DNA of 64,000 bases, taken from NCBI GenBank assembly GCA_012838895.1, contig DUOJ01000112.1, positions 5,398 to 69,397 of the forward strand. Reading direction: 5' to 3'. Positions 56,672 to 64,000 of the stretch are shown here, piece by piece. The notes under the pieces were generated by a model. The model did no database searches, was not told where the DNA came from, and was given only the letters and a program-made list of their open reading frames with translations. This DNA comes from Spirochaetales bacterium. GTDB lineage: Bacteria; Spirochaetota; Spirochaetia; Sphaerochaetales; Sphaerochaetaceae. How positions within the stretch are numbered: the stretch's first letter is position 1; each line of letters begins with the position of its first letter. The position numbers were made by a program, and so were the translations under genes.

Positions 56672-57717
56672 TGGATAGAGGGCGGTGGTTTGTTGCGTTG
56701 AGCTTGGGGGTGGTCCTCTCCCTCCTCCCCCTCAGTGGGGCTACCTATCGCTCCAACAGTTTGGGGCAAGCACTTGAATTGGACCCTAGTGGATCGTCCT
56801 ACTACTCCCTTGTCGTTGATGAGGGGAAGTTGCACACTAACCGGGCCCTCTATGAAGAGGGGCGCTTGATTAAATCGGAGCAAATTACCACTAGTGATAC
56901 GGGGCAGGAGGTCTTAACCAAAGAGTACTCGCTCACTGGCCAACTCCTCAAAGAGGTGATCTCAACCTACGAAGGAGGGCTTCCCCAAAGGATTATAAGT
57001 CGTGAAGGCGAGAACCTCTTTATAACCCTCTACAACTATGCCGAAGGGCGCTTAATAGAGCAGAAAGAGTTGATTAACGGCGAATTAGATAGTCTCACCA
57101 CCTTCTACCGGGGAGAGGAGGGGCTCCTTTCGGGAATTAGGGTTATTGAAACCAATGGTGGATACGAATGGAGCACTTTTACTAAAGAGGGGACTAACCC
57201 CTTATATGGAGAACAGAGTGGTGTTAATGTCACCACTTTAACCTACTACCCCCACGATTTAGTTGTGCGCAACGCTTGGGTCAATGAAAACTGGGAGGTT
57301 AAGAGTAGTGTCTTTTATGACGAGGCGGGACGCCTAGTTGTAAGTGAAGAGCGCCTTGATGGGTGGATAAAGAAGTACTATGGTCCCGATGGGATGTTGG
57401 TTGAACAGCACGAAGGAGAGGGGGAAGAGGCTGAAGTTATTCAAACCTTCTTCTACGACCCTTACGGGGTATTAGACCACTCGATTGAGTTGGTTAGAGA
57501 AGGGGTGGGGGAGAGGCGCTTAGAGCGCTGGTACAAAGAGGGCAATTTAGAGACCCAGACCGAATGGCTCGACTCAGTCCCCGTAAAAGCGAGTCGCTTC
57601 CTCTTTGATGGTACAACGGTAGTGACCCTCTTTGAGGCGGGGCGCCCCTATGCCGATGTCACTTACGCCCCTGATGGGAAGAGGGTTTTAAGTTTAGAGT
57701 ACCGTAAGGAGAGGTGA
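56668..57717 (+). CDS. Secreted protein built of YD/MORN-variant-like beta-hairpin repeats
   Basis: Signal peptide, then recurring Yxx(G/D)G.L motifs: YEEGRLI, YAEGRLI, YDEAGRLV, YGPDGMLV, YDPYGVL, YKEGNLE, YAPDGKRV. In the C-terminal half they are spaced about 22-26 aa apart. Confidence 0.55.
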   Translation: MMDRGRWFVALSLGVVLSLLPLSGATYRSNSLGQALELDPSGSSYYSLVVDEGKLHTNRALYEEGRLIKSEQITTSDTGQEVLTKEYSLTGQLLKEVISTYEGGLPQRIISREGENLFITLYNYAEGRLIEQKELINGELDSLTTFYRGEEGLLSGIRVIETNGGYEWSTFTKEGTNPLYGEQSGVNVTTLTYYPHDLVVRNAWVNENWEVKSSVFYDEAGRLVVSEERLDGWIKKYYGPDGMLVEQHEGEGEEAEVIQTFFYDPYGVLDHSIELVREGVGERRLERWYKEGNLETQTEWLDSVPVKASRFLFDGTTVVTLFEAGRPYADVTYAPDGKRVLSLEYRKER

Positions 57718-58943
57718 TGGTTACCCCCAAAATTGCCTACCGCTACGCATTCTCTAAGAGCAATCGTCACCGTAGCGCCTCACTAATTATAGTGTTTGGG
57801 CTAGCGATCGGGATGATGGCTTTAATAACCCTTCTAGCTTTGATGAATTCTCTCCAAAGTGACCTGCTCGACCAAGTTAAATCGATAGAGTCTTTCCACC
57901 TCCAACTCTCAGTTACAAGTAACGAAAATATTGGAGAAATAACCCAAAAAATAGCTCTTCTAGAGGGTGTTGCAGGGGTCTATCCCCATGTAAACACCCA
58001 AGTTATGGTGGGCTCCTTACGCAATGGAGAGAGCTCCACGGGGCGCCTCAGAGTTGTTGATGAGACGATCTGGCTAGAAGAGAACCCTTTTATGGACCAC
58101 CTTTTCTTAGTTGATGGGCACCCCCCAAAAGGTGAAGAGGAGGTCGCTCTCAGCTCTACTATGGCCTATAAATTGGGGACTCGTGTTGGCGACGAGTTGC
58201 AAATTACAATCTTGGTACCTGGAAGAACCGCTCCATTAGCTCCTGTTAACTTCTCCTTCAGAGTGAGTGGCCTCTTTACCACCTCCTTAAGTGAGTTTAA
58301 TGAATCGACCCTTATAACCTCATCACAACCCCTTTTAGAGAGGATTGGATTGCAACGTATCGCCTTTGGTCTCTATCTAGAAGGGAGGGCCATTAACAAC
58401 TCAAAGGGGGTTATAGCTGATTTGAAAGAGCTCTTCCCCCAAGGCGAAGTGAAGAGTTGGCAGCAACTTAATAGCGCTTTTTATTCGGCCTTAACCCTTG
58501 AAAAGGCGATGATGTACCTTTTCCTCTCCTTTATGTTTCTAATTTTAGGGGTCAACATGAAGAGCGCTGCTTCGCGCCTCCTCTTTGTTAAGCAACGTGA
58601 ATTGGCAATTTTAAGGGCAGTGGGGGCCCCTAAAAAGAGTTCTCTTAAAATTTTTATTCTCCAATCGCTCTTAATAACAAGTTTAGGGCTCGCTTTAGGG
58701 GTGGCATCCGGGGTGCTCCTCTCAACCCATATTGGCAGGGTCTTCTCTTTCTTCAATAGGGTTCAATACCTCTTTACCCGGCGTAATAATCCCCTTTTGA
58801 CCTACCCCTTCACAATCACAATAGTTCCCCTTGAGATAGCTATTGTTGCCCTGGTAATCTTGTTGTTATCGCTACTATTCACCTATTTTGGGTGTCGCTC
58901 TCTCCTAAAGAGGGAGCCGATGGAGTTATTGAACCATGAGTGA
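57714..58943 (+). CDS. ABC transporter permease, FtsX/LolC-LolE family
   Basis: N-terminal TM helix, a large periplasmic loop, and three C-terminal TM helices (FtsX fold). AYRYAFSK start is typical of LolC/E-type permeases. Confidence 0.8.
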   Translation: MMVTPKIAYRYAFSKSNRHRSASLIIVFGLAIGMMALITLLALMNSLQSDLLDQVKSIESFHLQLSVTSNENIGEITQKIALLEGVAGVYPHVNTQVMVGSLRNGESSTGRLRVVDETIWLEENPFMDHLFLVDGHPPKGEEEVALSSTMAYKLGTRVGDELQITILVPGRTAPLAPVNFSFRVSGLFTTSLSEFNESTLITSSQPLLERIGLQRIAFGLYLEGRAINNSKGVIADLKELFPQGEVKSWQQLNSAFYSALTLEKAMMYLFLSFMFLILGVNMKSAASRLLFVKQRELAILRAVGAPKKSSLKIFILQSLLITSLGLALGVASGVLLSTHIGRVFSFFNRVQYLFTRRNNPLLTYPFTITIVPLEIAIVALVILLLSLLFTYFGCRSLLKREPMELLNHE

Positions 58944-59616
58944 AGTGTTGTTACGGTTTGAAAATGTTTCCAAAATCTACCCCTCGGGGTCGAGCCACCT
59001 CACAATCTTAGAAGAGCTCAATTTCTCAATTGAGGCGATGAGTTCAGTGGCAGTTGTGGGTAAAAGTGGCTCTGGAAAGAGTACTCTCCTCAATTTAGCT
59101 GGGGCTTTAGATCGTCCCACGAGTGGCAGAGTCCTCTTTAAAGGTGATGATATCGGCAAGATGGGCGACAAAGAGCTCTCTCTTTACCGTAACCGCCACA
59201 TTGGATTTGTTTTCCAATCCCATATCCTTTTAGAAGATTTTAGTGCTCTAGAGAACATCTCAATCCCAGCTCTAATTATGGGGGAGAGTGCTCGGGTGGC
59301 TAAAAAGAGGGCCTATGAACTATTAGAGAGGGTAGGCTTGAGAGGGAGAGCCCACCATAAGCCCCAAAAACTTTCGGGTGGGGAGCGGCAAAGGGTAGCA
59401 ATCTGTCGCGCCCTAATAAATGGTGCCCAGCTAATAATCGCCGATGAGCCGACAGGGTCTCTCGATGAAGCCTCAAAAGAGGAGGTTGAACACCTCTTAC
59501 TAGAGATGGTCAAAGAGGAGAAGCGTACCCTTTTAATGGTGACCCACGAACAAGCCTTAGCCCAAAAGTGTGACCACCTCTATCTCCTTCAAAATAGGGG
59601 GCTCACCCTTGTTTAG
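58936..59616 (+). CDS. ABC transporter ATP-binding protein (LolD/MacB-type)
   Basis: Walker A GKSGSGKST, signature LSGGERQRVAICRAL and Walker B LIIADEPTGSLD. Confidence 0.9.
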   Translation: MSEVLLRFENVSKIYPSGSSHLTILEELNFSIEAMSSVAVVGKSGSGKSTLLNLAGALDRPTSGRVLFKGDDIGKMGDKELSLYRNRHIGFVFQSHILLEDFSALENISIPALIMGESARVAKKRAYELLERVGLRGRAHHKPQKLSGGERQRVAICRALINGAQLIIADEPTGSLDEASKEEVEHLLLEMVKEEKRTLLMVTHEQALAQKCDHLYLLQNRGLTLV

Positions 59617-60781
59617 CTCTTGGCTCTTCTCGCATCTTCTCTTCCCCTCAAAAGAGTTGATTTACCAAAGGCGGCGTCTTTTGAGGAGTGCCCTTTTAAT
59701 TGCACTGGTGATGATTCCCCTCGTCTTGGCCCTCATCTTCATGGATGGGATGATGCAGGGGATTACCGACAAATATATCTTACTCCAAGATGGGCACCTT
59801 CAATTCTATAACCTAGATGAATTAGATGATCCTTTAGTTCAAAGTAGTGATTTAGTCACTAGTGGCTATGGGATAATCTACTCGCGTGATAAGAGTGCTG
59901 AGGTTAAGTTGAAAGGGGTCAAGGAGGACTATTTTAATAGTCAACGCTGCGCAGAGTTAAAAATTAAAGAGTTTAAAGCTGAGAGTACGGGGAGTGTAGC
60001 CCAAATAATGGTGAGTGAAACCCTCCTGAAAGAGCTCAATGTCGAGGTGGGCGAGCGCGTTGCTTTTATTTTGATTCCCGAGGGGGAACAAAAGGGGGTT
60101 CGACCGATGCTAGCCCAAGTGGCTACCACCTACAACACCGGTTACTATGAACTCGACTCTTCGCTAATCTTCTTGAACTATGAGGTGGCTAAACGGTATC
60201 TCCCCAATGGGGGGCGCTCCTACCTCGAGGTTTTGGTCGATAATAGGGGTAGTGGGCACCTTGATGAGTTGGGTGAGCGTTTAGCAAAAGGGGGGAGTTG
60301 GGCCTCATGGGACCAATTCAACCGTACTGTCTACCAAAATTTTGTCACTAGCCGACAAGTGATCTTGTTGGTCTTCATCCTTATTTTAGTGGTAGCTGGG
60401 GTCTATGTCGCTTCAGTATCAAATGAGTTAATCCAAGACTCTTTTCAAGCAATTGCCCTCTTTAAGGCACTGGGGGCTCAACAGAAGAGCATTAGGAGGA
60501 GTTACTTTTGGGCAGTGATGGTTGTAACCATCTTAGGCATTGCACTGGGTCTTGTTGTGGCGTTGGTGTTGGGTCACTACCTGAGTCCAATTTTGGTGTG
60601 GCTCTCTAAGCAAGGCTTTGAGGGGTTGCGTTACTACCTCCTCGACTTTAAGGTGGTAGTGGCTTACACAGACCTTTTATTTATAGTGGGATCTATGGTA
60701 ATAATTGCGAGTGTTACAGTAATGTTTACCTTAAAGAGGATTAAGGAGATCTCTCCCCTCGAAGTGTTGCAACAAGATTGA
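59609..60781 (+). CDS. Second FtsX/LolE-family ABC permease
   Basis: ORF 59570 is probably initiated at TTG 59609, overlapping the ATPase stop by 8 nt. Same 1+3 TM architecture with a periplasmic loop. Confidence 0.75.
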   Translation: MFSSWLFSHLLFPSKELIYQRRRLLRSALLIALVMIPLVLALIFMDGMMQGITDKYILLQDGHLQFYNLDELDDPLVQSSDLVTSGYGIIYSRDKSAEVKLKGVKEDYFNSQRCAELKIKEFKAESTGSVAQIMVSETLLKELNVEVGERVAFILIPEGEQKGVRPMLAQVATTYNTGYYELDSSLIFLNYEVAKRYLPNGGRSYLEVLVDNRGSGHLDELGERLAKGGSWASWDQFNRTVYQNFVTSRQVILLVFILILVVAGVYVASVSNELIQDSFQAIALFKALGAQQKSIRRSYFWAVMVVTILGIALGLVVALVLGHYLSPILVWLSKQGFEGLRYYLLDFKVVVAYTDLLFIVGSMVIIASVTVMFTLKRIKEISPLEVLQQD

Positions 60782-60801
60782 TAGAACGGTAGGCTCTAGA
60801 G

Positions 60802-61725
60802 ATGAACTTTGAAATATTTGTTTTAGGGACAGGGGGGATGATGCCCCTTCCTGGACGCTTTTTAACCTCAGCTATGGTGCGCCGCGAGGGGGACCTCTTC
60901 CTCTTCGATTGTGGCGAAGGGACCCAGATATCGCTGAAGATGTTGGCCCTTAAATGGAAAAAGATATCAGCAATATTTATAACCCATATGCACGCTGACC
61001 ATGTTACTGGCTTACCGGGGATGTTGATGTTGAGTTCCCAAGTTGAGCGTGATGAACCGCTCCATATCTATGGACCTCCCCGTCTTAAAGAGTATATTGA
61101 CCAAACCCGTCGTATCCTCGATATGTATATCAACTACGAAATTGTGGTCCACACCGTTAGTGAGGGGCGTGTTCTAGAGACCCCCGAATACACAATAGAG
61201 GCCTTTAAATTAGACCACACTAAACCCTGTTTTGGTTATACCCTGCGTGAAAAGATGCGTCCTGGAATCTTCTTCCCAGAGAAAGCACTTGCTTTGGGAG
61301 TTCCCCAAGGCCCCCTTTGGGCTAAGCTTCAAAGTGGTACCCCCGTTGAAGGGGAGGGGGGCAAGCTTATCCACCCCCACGAAGTGATGGGAGAGTCGCG
61401 TAGTGGTCGGGGCTTCTCCTTTGTCACCGATACCCTCTACTCCCCCAAGATTGCCCACCATGTGAAGGGGGTTGATCTCCTCTTGTGTGAAGGGATGTTT
61501 GAAGATGCCCTCCTAGAGAGTGCCCTAGAGAAGAAGCATATGACAGCCACTCAGGCCGCCCAAATAGCCCTTGATGGGGAAGTTGAGAAGATGGGTCTTA
61601 TCCACTACAGTCCCCGCTATAACGATTGGGAGCTAAAGCGACTCCTTAAAGAGGCTCAAGAGATTTTTCCTAAATCATTTTTAGCCCGCGATGGGATGGT
61701 CTTTAATATCCCCCTAAAGGACTAG
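60802..61725 (+). CDS. rnz: Ribonuclease Z (tRNA 3' endonuclease, metallo-beta-lactamase fold)
   Basis: FLFDCGEGTQ and the HMHADHVTGLPG (HxHxDH) motif, plus a C-terminal HYSPRY block. Confidence 0.9.
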   Translation: MNFEIFVLGTGGMMPLPGRFLTSAMVRREGDLFLFDCGEGTQISLKMLALKWKKISAIFITHMHADHVTGLPGMLMLSSQVERDEPLHIYGPPRLKEYIDQTRRILDMYINYEIVVHTVSEGRVLETPEYTIEAFKLDHTKPCFGYTLREKMRPGIFFPEKALALGVPQGPLWAKLQSGTPVEGEGGKLIHPHEVMGESRSGRGFSFVTDTLYSPKIAHHVKGVDLLLCEGMFEDALLESALEKKHMTATQAAQIALDGEVEKMGLIHYSPRYNDWELKRLLKEAQEIFPKSFLARDGMVFNIPLKD

Positions 61726-62682
61726 CGAGTCGTCGTAACTTATAATCGAATAGTCACCCCGCTCGAGCGAGAGGTTAAAGGCAACCTTCACCTCTTCAAG
61801 AAGCTTGTTATCATCAACTCTCCGTCCAGATAAACTGGTCAGCCCAATATTGAGCCCTTCAGCGCTACTCTCGTGTAGGAGAGTCGTTAAGAAAGAGCGA
61901 CTCACTTGGCGGCTATAGAAGGGGAGAATAACATAGAGGGTCCCATCATCGGCTGGATAGGTGAGTCCTCTCAGTTCAAGTTCAGTTGAGATGTTACGTG
62001 AGAGACGGGCTAGCGATAGGTTGTAGTCAAACTGTAGCGCACTCTCCAGCTCACTATTTAAGCGCTCATAGAAGGTGTTGCTGATAGAATCGACAAGCTC
62101 ACCAGTCGTGGCTTCAATTGGAGCTAAGAGTTGAGCGATATCAGAATCGGCTTTAATTGGGTAGGGGTAGTCGTTAAAAAGAACCGCTGGCGAGGTGTAA
62201 TCGACCTCCATTTTAAGCGGGGTGGGAACAACTCTTTTGGGACGTTCAACAACAGGGGTGATTAGCTCTTCCACAACAGGTGTGACGGGGGCCGCTGGTT
62301 CTACTTCGACAGGGGGAACAAATGGAGTAGTAGCTACTTCCGCCCCAACTGGAGTAAGTGGAGGTGGAATAAAAATATAGTCCTCCTCAAGGGGGAGGTT
62401 ATAAAGCGATGCGGTGTAGTGGTCGAGTTCTAACTCATCTTCAGGGTCGGTATCTTTAGGAATATAGGGGGGGTAGGCGATGAAGAGGGTTAAGAGAATC
62501 AAAAAGGCGATAATTATAGGGAGAAACTTAACAACGTTACCGTAGATTAATAGATTGGCAATTGGCGTGTTGGGGACAATGTAAAAATAGGTGAAAAGAA
62601 TTACACCTACTAACAATATCAGTGTTATGATTGAAGTAACAAAGATGGTACCAAAGTTACCCTTAGAGGGTTGTTTTTCCAT
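61714..62682 (-). CDS. Hypothetical membrane protein: 2 TM helices, Pro/Val-rich linker, C-terminal globular domain (possibly a degenerate GGDEF-like fold)
   Basis: N-terminal hydrophobic helices and a PPVEVEPAAPVTPVVEELITPVVERP linker. The C-terminal ~150 aa loosely follow GGDEF spacing but have DDGTL where GGDEF would be. Confidence 0.5.
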   Translation of the reverse strand: MEKQPSKGNFGTIFVTSIITLILLVGVILFTYFYIVPNTPIANLLIYGNVVKFLPIIIAFLILLTLFIAYPPYIPKDTDPEDELELDHYTASLYNLPLEEDYIFIPPPLTPVGAEVATTPFVPPVEVEPAAPVTPVVEELITPVVERPKRVVPTPLKMEVDYTSPAVLFNDYPYPIKADSDIAQLLAPIEATTGELVDSISNTFYERLNSELESALQFDYNLSLARLSRNISTELELRGLTYPADDGTLYVILPFYSRQVSRSFLTTLLHESSAEGLNIGLTSLSGRRVDDNKLLEEVKVAFNLSLERGDYSIISYDDSLVL

Positions 62683-62769
62683 TGGCTATCTCCTTTTCCC
62701 TATTTTGCTCTCCCTTTACAAACAACGTGAGCAACTATATGGTGGGTATTATACCGTTTAGACCAAATT

Positions 62770-63216
62770 ATGACAAGGAAATATATATTTTTGTTTATAG
62801 TAGCACTAATTACCTCTTTTTCCCTCCTATATGGAATTTTTGGAAACAAAGGAGTTGTTGTTAACCGCGCTTTGGAGCGTCAGTTATCTGTTGAAAAAGA
62901 GTTGCTTAAAGTTCAAGAGACCCAATTAGGGACACTAGAACGCCTCTATGAGGAGGTATGGGAACGCGACTCCCTCTTGGAGAAGGGTAAGCGGAGTGGC
63001 TATGCCCAAAGGGGAGAGGTGGTCTATTACTTTTTCAACTCACAAGGGGAGAGTGTCGTTGAGCGGGTCGAAAACGAGGGGGAGATGGTAGTTAATGCCC
63101 CTCTAAAAGCCCCCTTTAAAGGGCTCTCTACCCCTCTGATTGCCCTTATCTCTTTTGCCTTAGTTACCGTTACAGCAGTTTTGATTAAAGTGATTAGTTC
63201 TAGACGAAAGAGGTGA
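62770..63216 (+). CDS. FtsB/DivIC-like septation protein with an extra C-terminal TM helix
   Basis: N-terminal TM helix (IFLFIVALITSFSLLYGIF), then a coiled coil (LERQLSVEKELLKVQETQLGTLERLYEEV) and an ARxxGY-like block (GKRSGYAQRGEVVYYF). A second hydrophobic helix plus RRKR lies at the C-terminus. Confidence 0.5.
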   Translation: MTRKYIFLFIVALITSFSLLYGIFGNKGVVVNRALERQLSVEKELLKVQETQLGTLERLYEEVWERDSLLEKGKRSGYAQRGEVVYYFFNSQGESVVERVENEGEMVVNAPLKAPFKGLSTPLIALISFALVTVTAVLIKVISSRRKR

Positions 63217-63235
63217 ACTAAACTAGATTACACCT

Positions 63236-63811
63236 ATGGTTGTCGAAAAAAGTGACCCCAATAGCTTACCTCTCATTGCCAATCACCTAAAGGGGGGTGA
63301 TTTGGTGATTATGCCCTGCGACACGATCTATGGGATTGTTGGGGTAGTTGACCTCTCATTAGCCAAACTTAATCAATTGAAGGGGCGCGGAGGTGAGAAA
63401 CACTTCATCCAACTTGTAACGCTTGAGATGGCTAACTCAATTGCAAGGTGTCCCATTGATGAAGCTATCCTCTCTTTATGGCCGGCCCCTCTGACTGTGA
63501 TTGTCGCCGATATATGGGGGGGGACGACGGCTATAAGGGTTCCAGCTGATGCATTTCTTATCGCTCTTTTAGAATTGGTGGGAAAGCCCCTCTATACCAC
63601 TAGTGTCAACCTAACTGGAGAGCCCTTTCTAAACGCCTTCGATCAAATATATGGAGCTTTTAAAGCTAAGGTTTCTCTCTTTGTGAGGGGCGAAATTGGA
63701 GAGAATTCTCTCCCATCAACTATTTTAGATACGAGTGGTGATAAGTATAAAATTATCCGCCAAGGTTCTCTCGACCTCTCTGACATAATTATTCATAATA
63801 TAAGAGATTAA
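63236..63811 (+). CDS. tsaC: L-threonylcarbamoyladenylate synthase (TsaC/YrdC family)
   Basis: GDLVIMPCDTIYGIVG, AIRVPA, TTSVNLTGEP and PSTILD, the YrdC-domain motifs; 191 aa with no Sua5 extension. Confidence 0.85.
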   Translation: MVVEKSDPNSLPLIANHLKGGDLVIMPCDTIYGIVGVVDLSLAKLNQLKGRGGEKHFIQLVTLEMANSIARCPIDEAILSLWPAPLTVIVADIWGGTTAIRVPADAFLIALLELVGKPLYTTSVNLTGEPFLNAFDQIYGAFKAKVSLFVRGEIGENSLPSTILDTSGDKYKIIRQGSLDLSDIIIHNIRD

Positions 63812-63901
63812 AACTTAATTACCTGAGGTTCTTGCAAAATAGGAAAAAGCTTACATTTATAGTGTTGTCTTCTTTAGAAACCGTTTAGCCCTTTTTAAGT
63901 T

Positions 63902-63930
63902 TTGACAATAAAGCAAGAAATTGCTTAAAT
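63902..63930 (+). promoter_or_regulatory. Sigma-70-type promoter aimed at a gene beyond the window end
   Basis: TTGACA (63902-07) -N17- TTAAAT (63925-30). A second TATAAT at 63957-62 has a poor -35. Confidence 0.35.
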
Positions 63931-64000
63931 ATATAGAAATGGACCCGTCAATCCTCTATAATGTTATTATCAACAAACAAATAGGGGGAAAGCAGGTCCA

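Noticed and set aside
63940-64000. Possible start of a structured RNA gene (…TATAAT…ATAGGGGGAAAGCAGGTCCA) at the right edge
   Set aside because: GGAAAG-CAGGTCC only superficially resembles the RNase P GGAAAGUCCGGGC block, and too little sequence is inside the window to fold or classify it.
1-64000. Scan for CRISPR arrays, IS elements or transposases, integrases, phage genes, toxin-antitoxin pairs, defence-system ATPases or nucleases, and long direct or inverted repeats
   Set aside because: None was seen. Every ORF over 150 aa is assignable to a housekeeping family or sits in a conserved-looking housekeeping context. No intergenic region exceeds about 190 nt, so there is no room for an array or a sizeable ncRNA.

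Overview
No convincing undescribed multi-gene system is visible here. This is a very compact, roughly 96% coding core-genome segment with no mobile elements, CRISPR arrays, prophage or defence-island signatures. The gene content and order look spirochete-like: orphan groES, smc/rnhB/Pur-alpha, ffh-rpsP-KH-rimM-trmD-rplS, coaD-rpmF-acpP-rnc-cca, prfB-x-ftsY-x-lolCDE-like. That taxon call comes from my memory of Borrelia/Treponema synteny and is not verified.

I call about 60 protein genes. They include secA (partial), murG, a PAS histidine kinase with a sigma-54 enhancer-binding response regulator, an RpoS-like sigma factor, ppdK and tsaD/tsaC. They also include two tandem M29 aminopeptidase homologues, smc, the ribosomal/SRP block, ileS, hisS, thiI with a NifS-like desulfurase, hrpA-like, cca and a pcnB-like gene. 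The last block runs rnfCDGEAB, a GH57-like protein, frameshifted prfB, ftsY, lolCDE-like and rnz. There are four tRNAs (Thr-CGU, Gln-CUG, Glu-CUC, Gly-UCC), none with an encoded CCA, plus several sigma-70-type promoters and intrinsic terminators.

The best leads are:
1. A textbook -24/-12 sigma-54 promoter directly in front of the RpoS-like sigma gene, 3 kb from the Hk/NtrC-type pair. This suggests a Borrelia-style RpoN-to-RpoS cascade.
2. A GH57-like protein with its catalytic nucleophile apparently substituted, wedged between rnfB and prfB.
3. An active/degenerate tandem pair of M29 aminopeptidases.
4. A P-loop NTPase fused to an Asp23-like domain, divergent from rnf.
5. A 15-kb, 15-gene head-to-tail array with no gap over 20 nt.
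6. 3'-end overlap at 7 of 9 convergent gene junctions.

All functional calls rest on motif recognition by eye. No searches were run.
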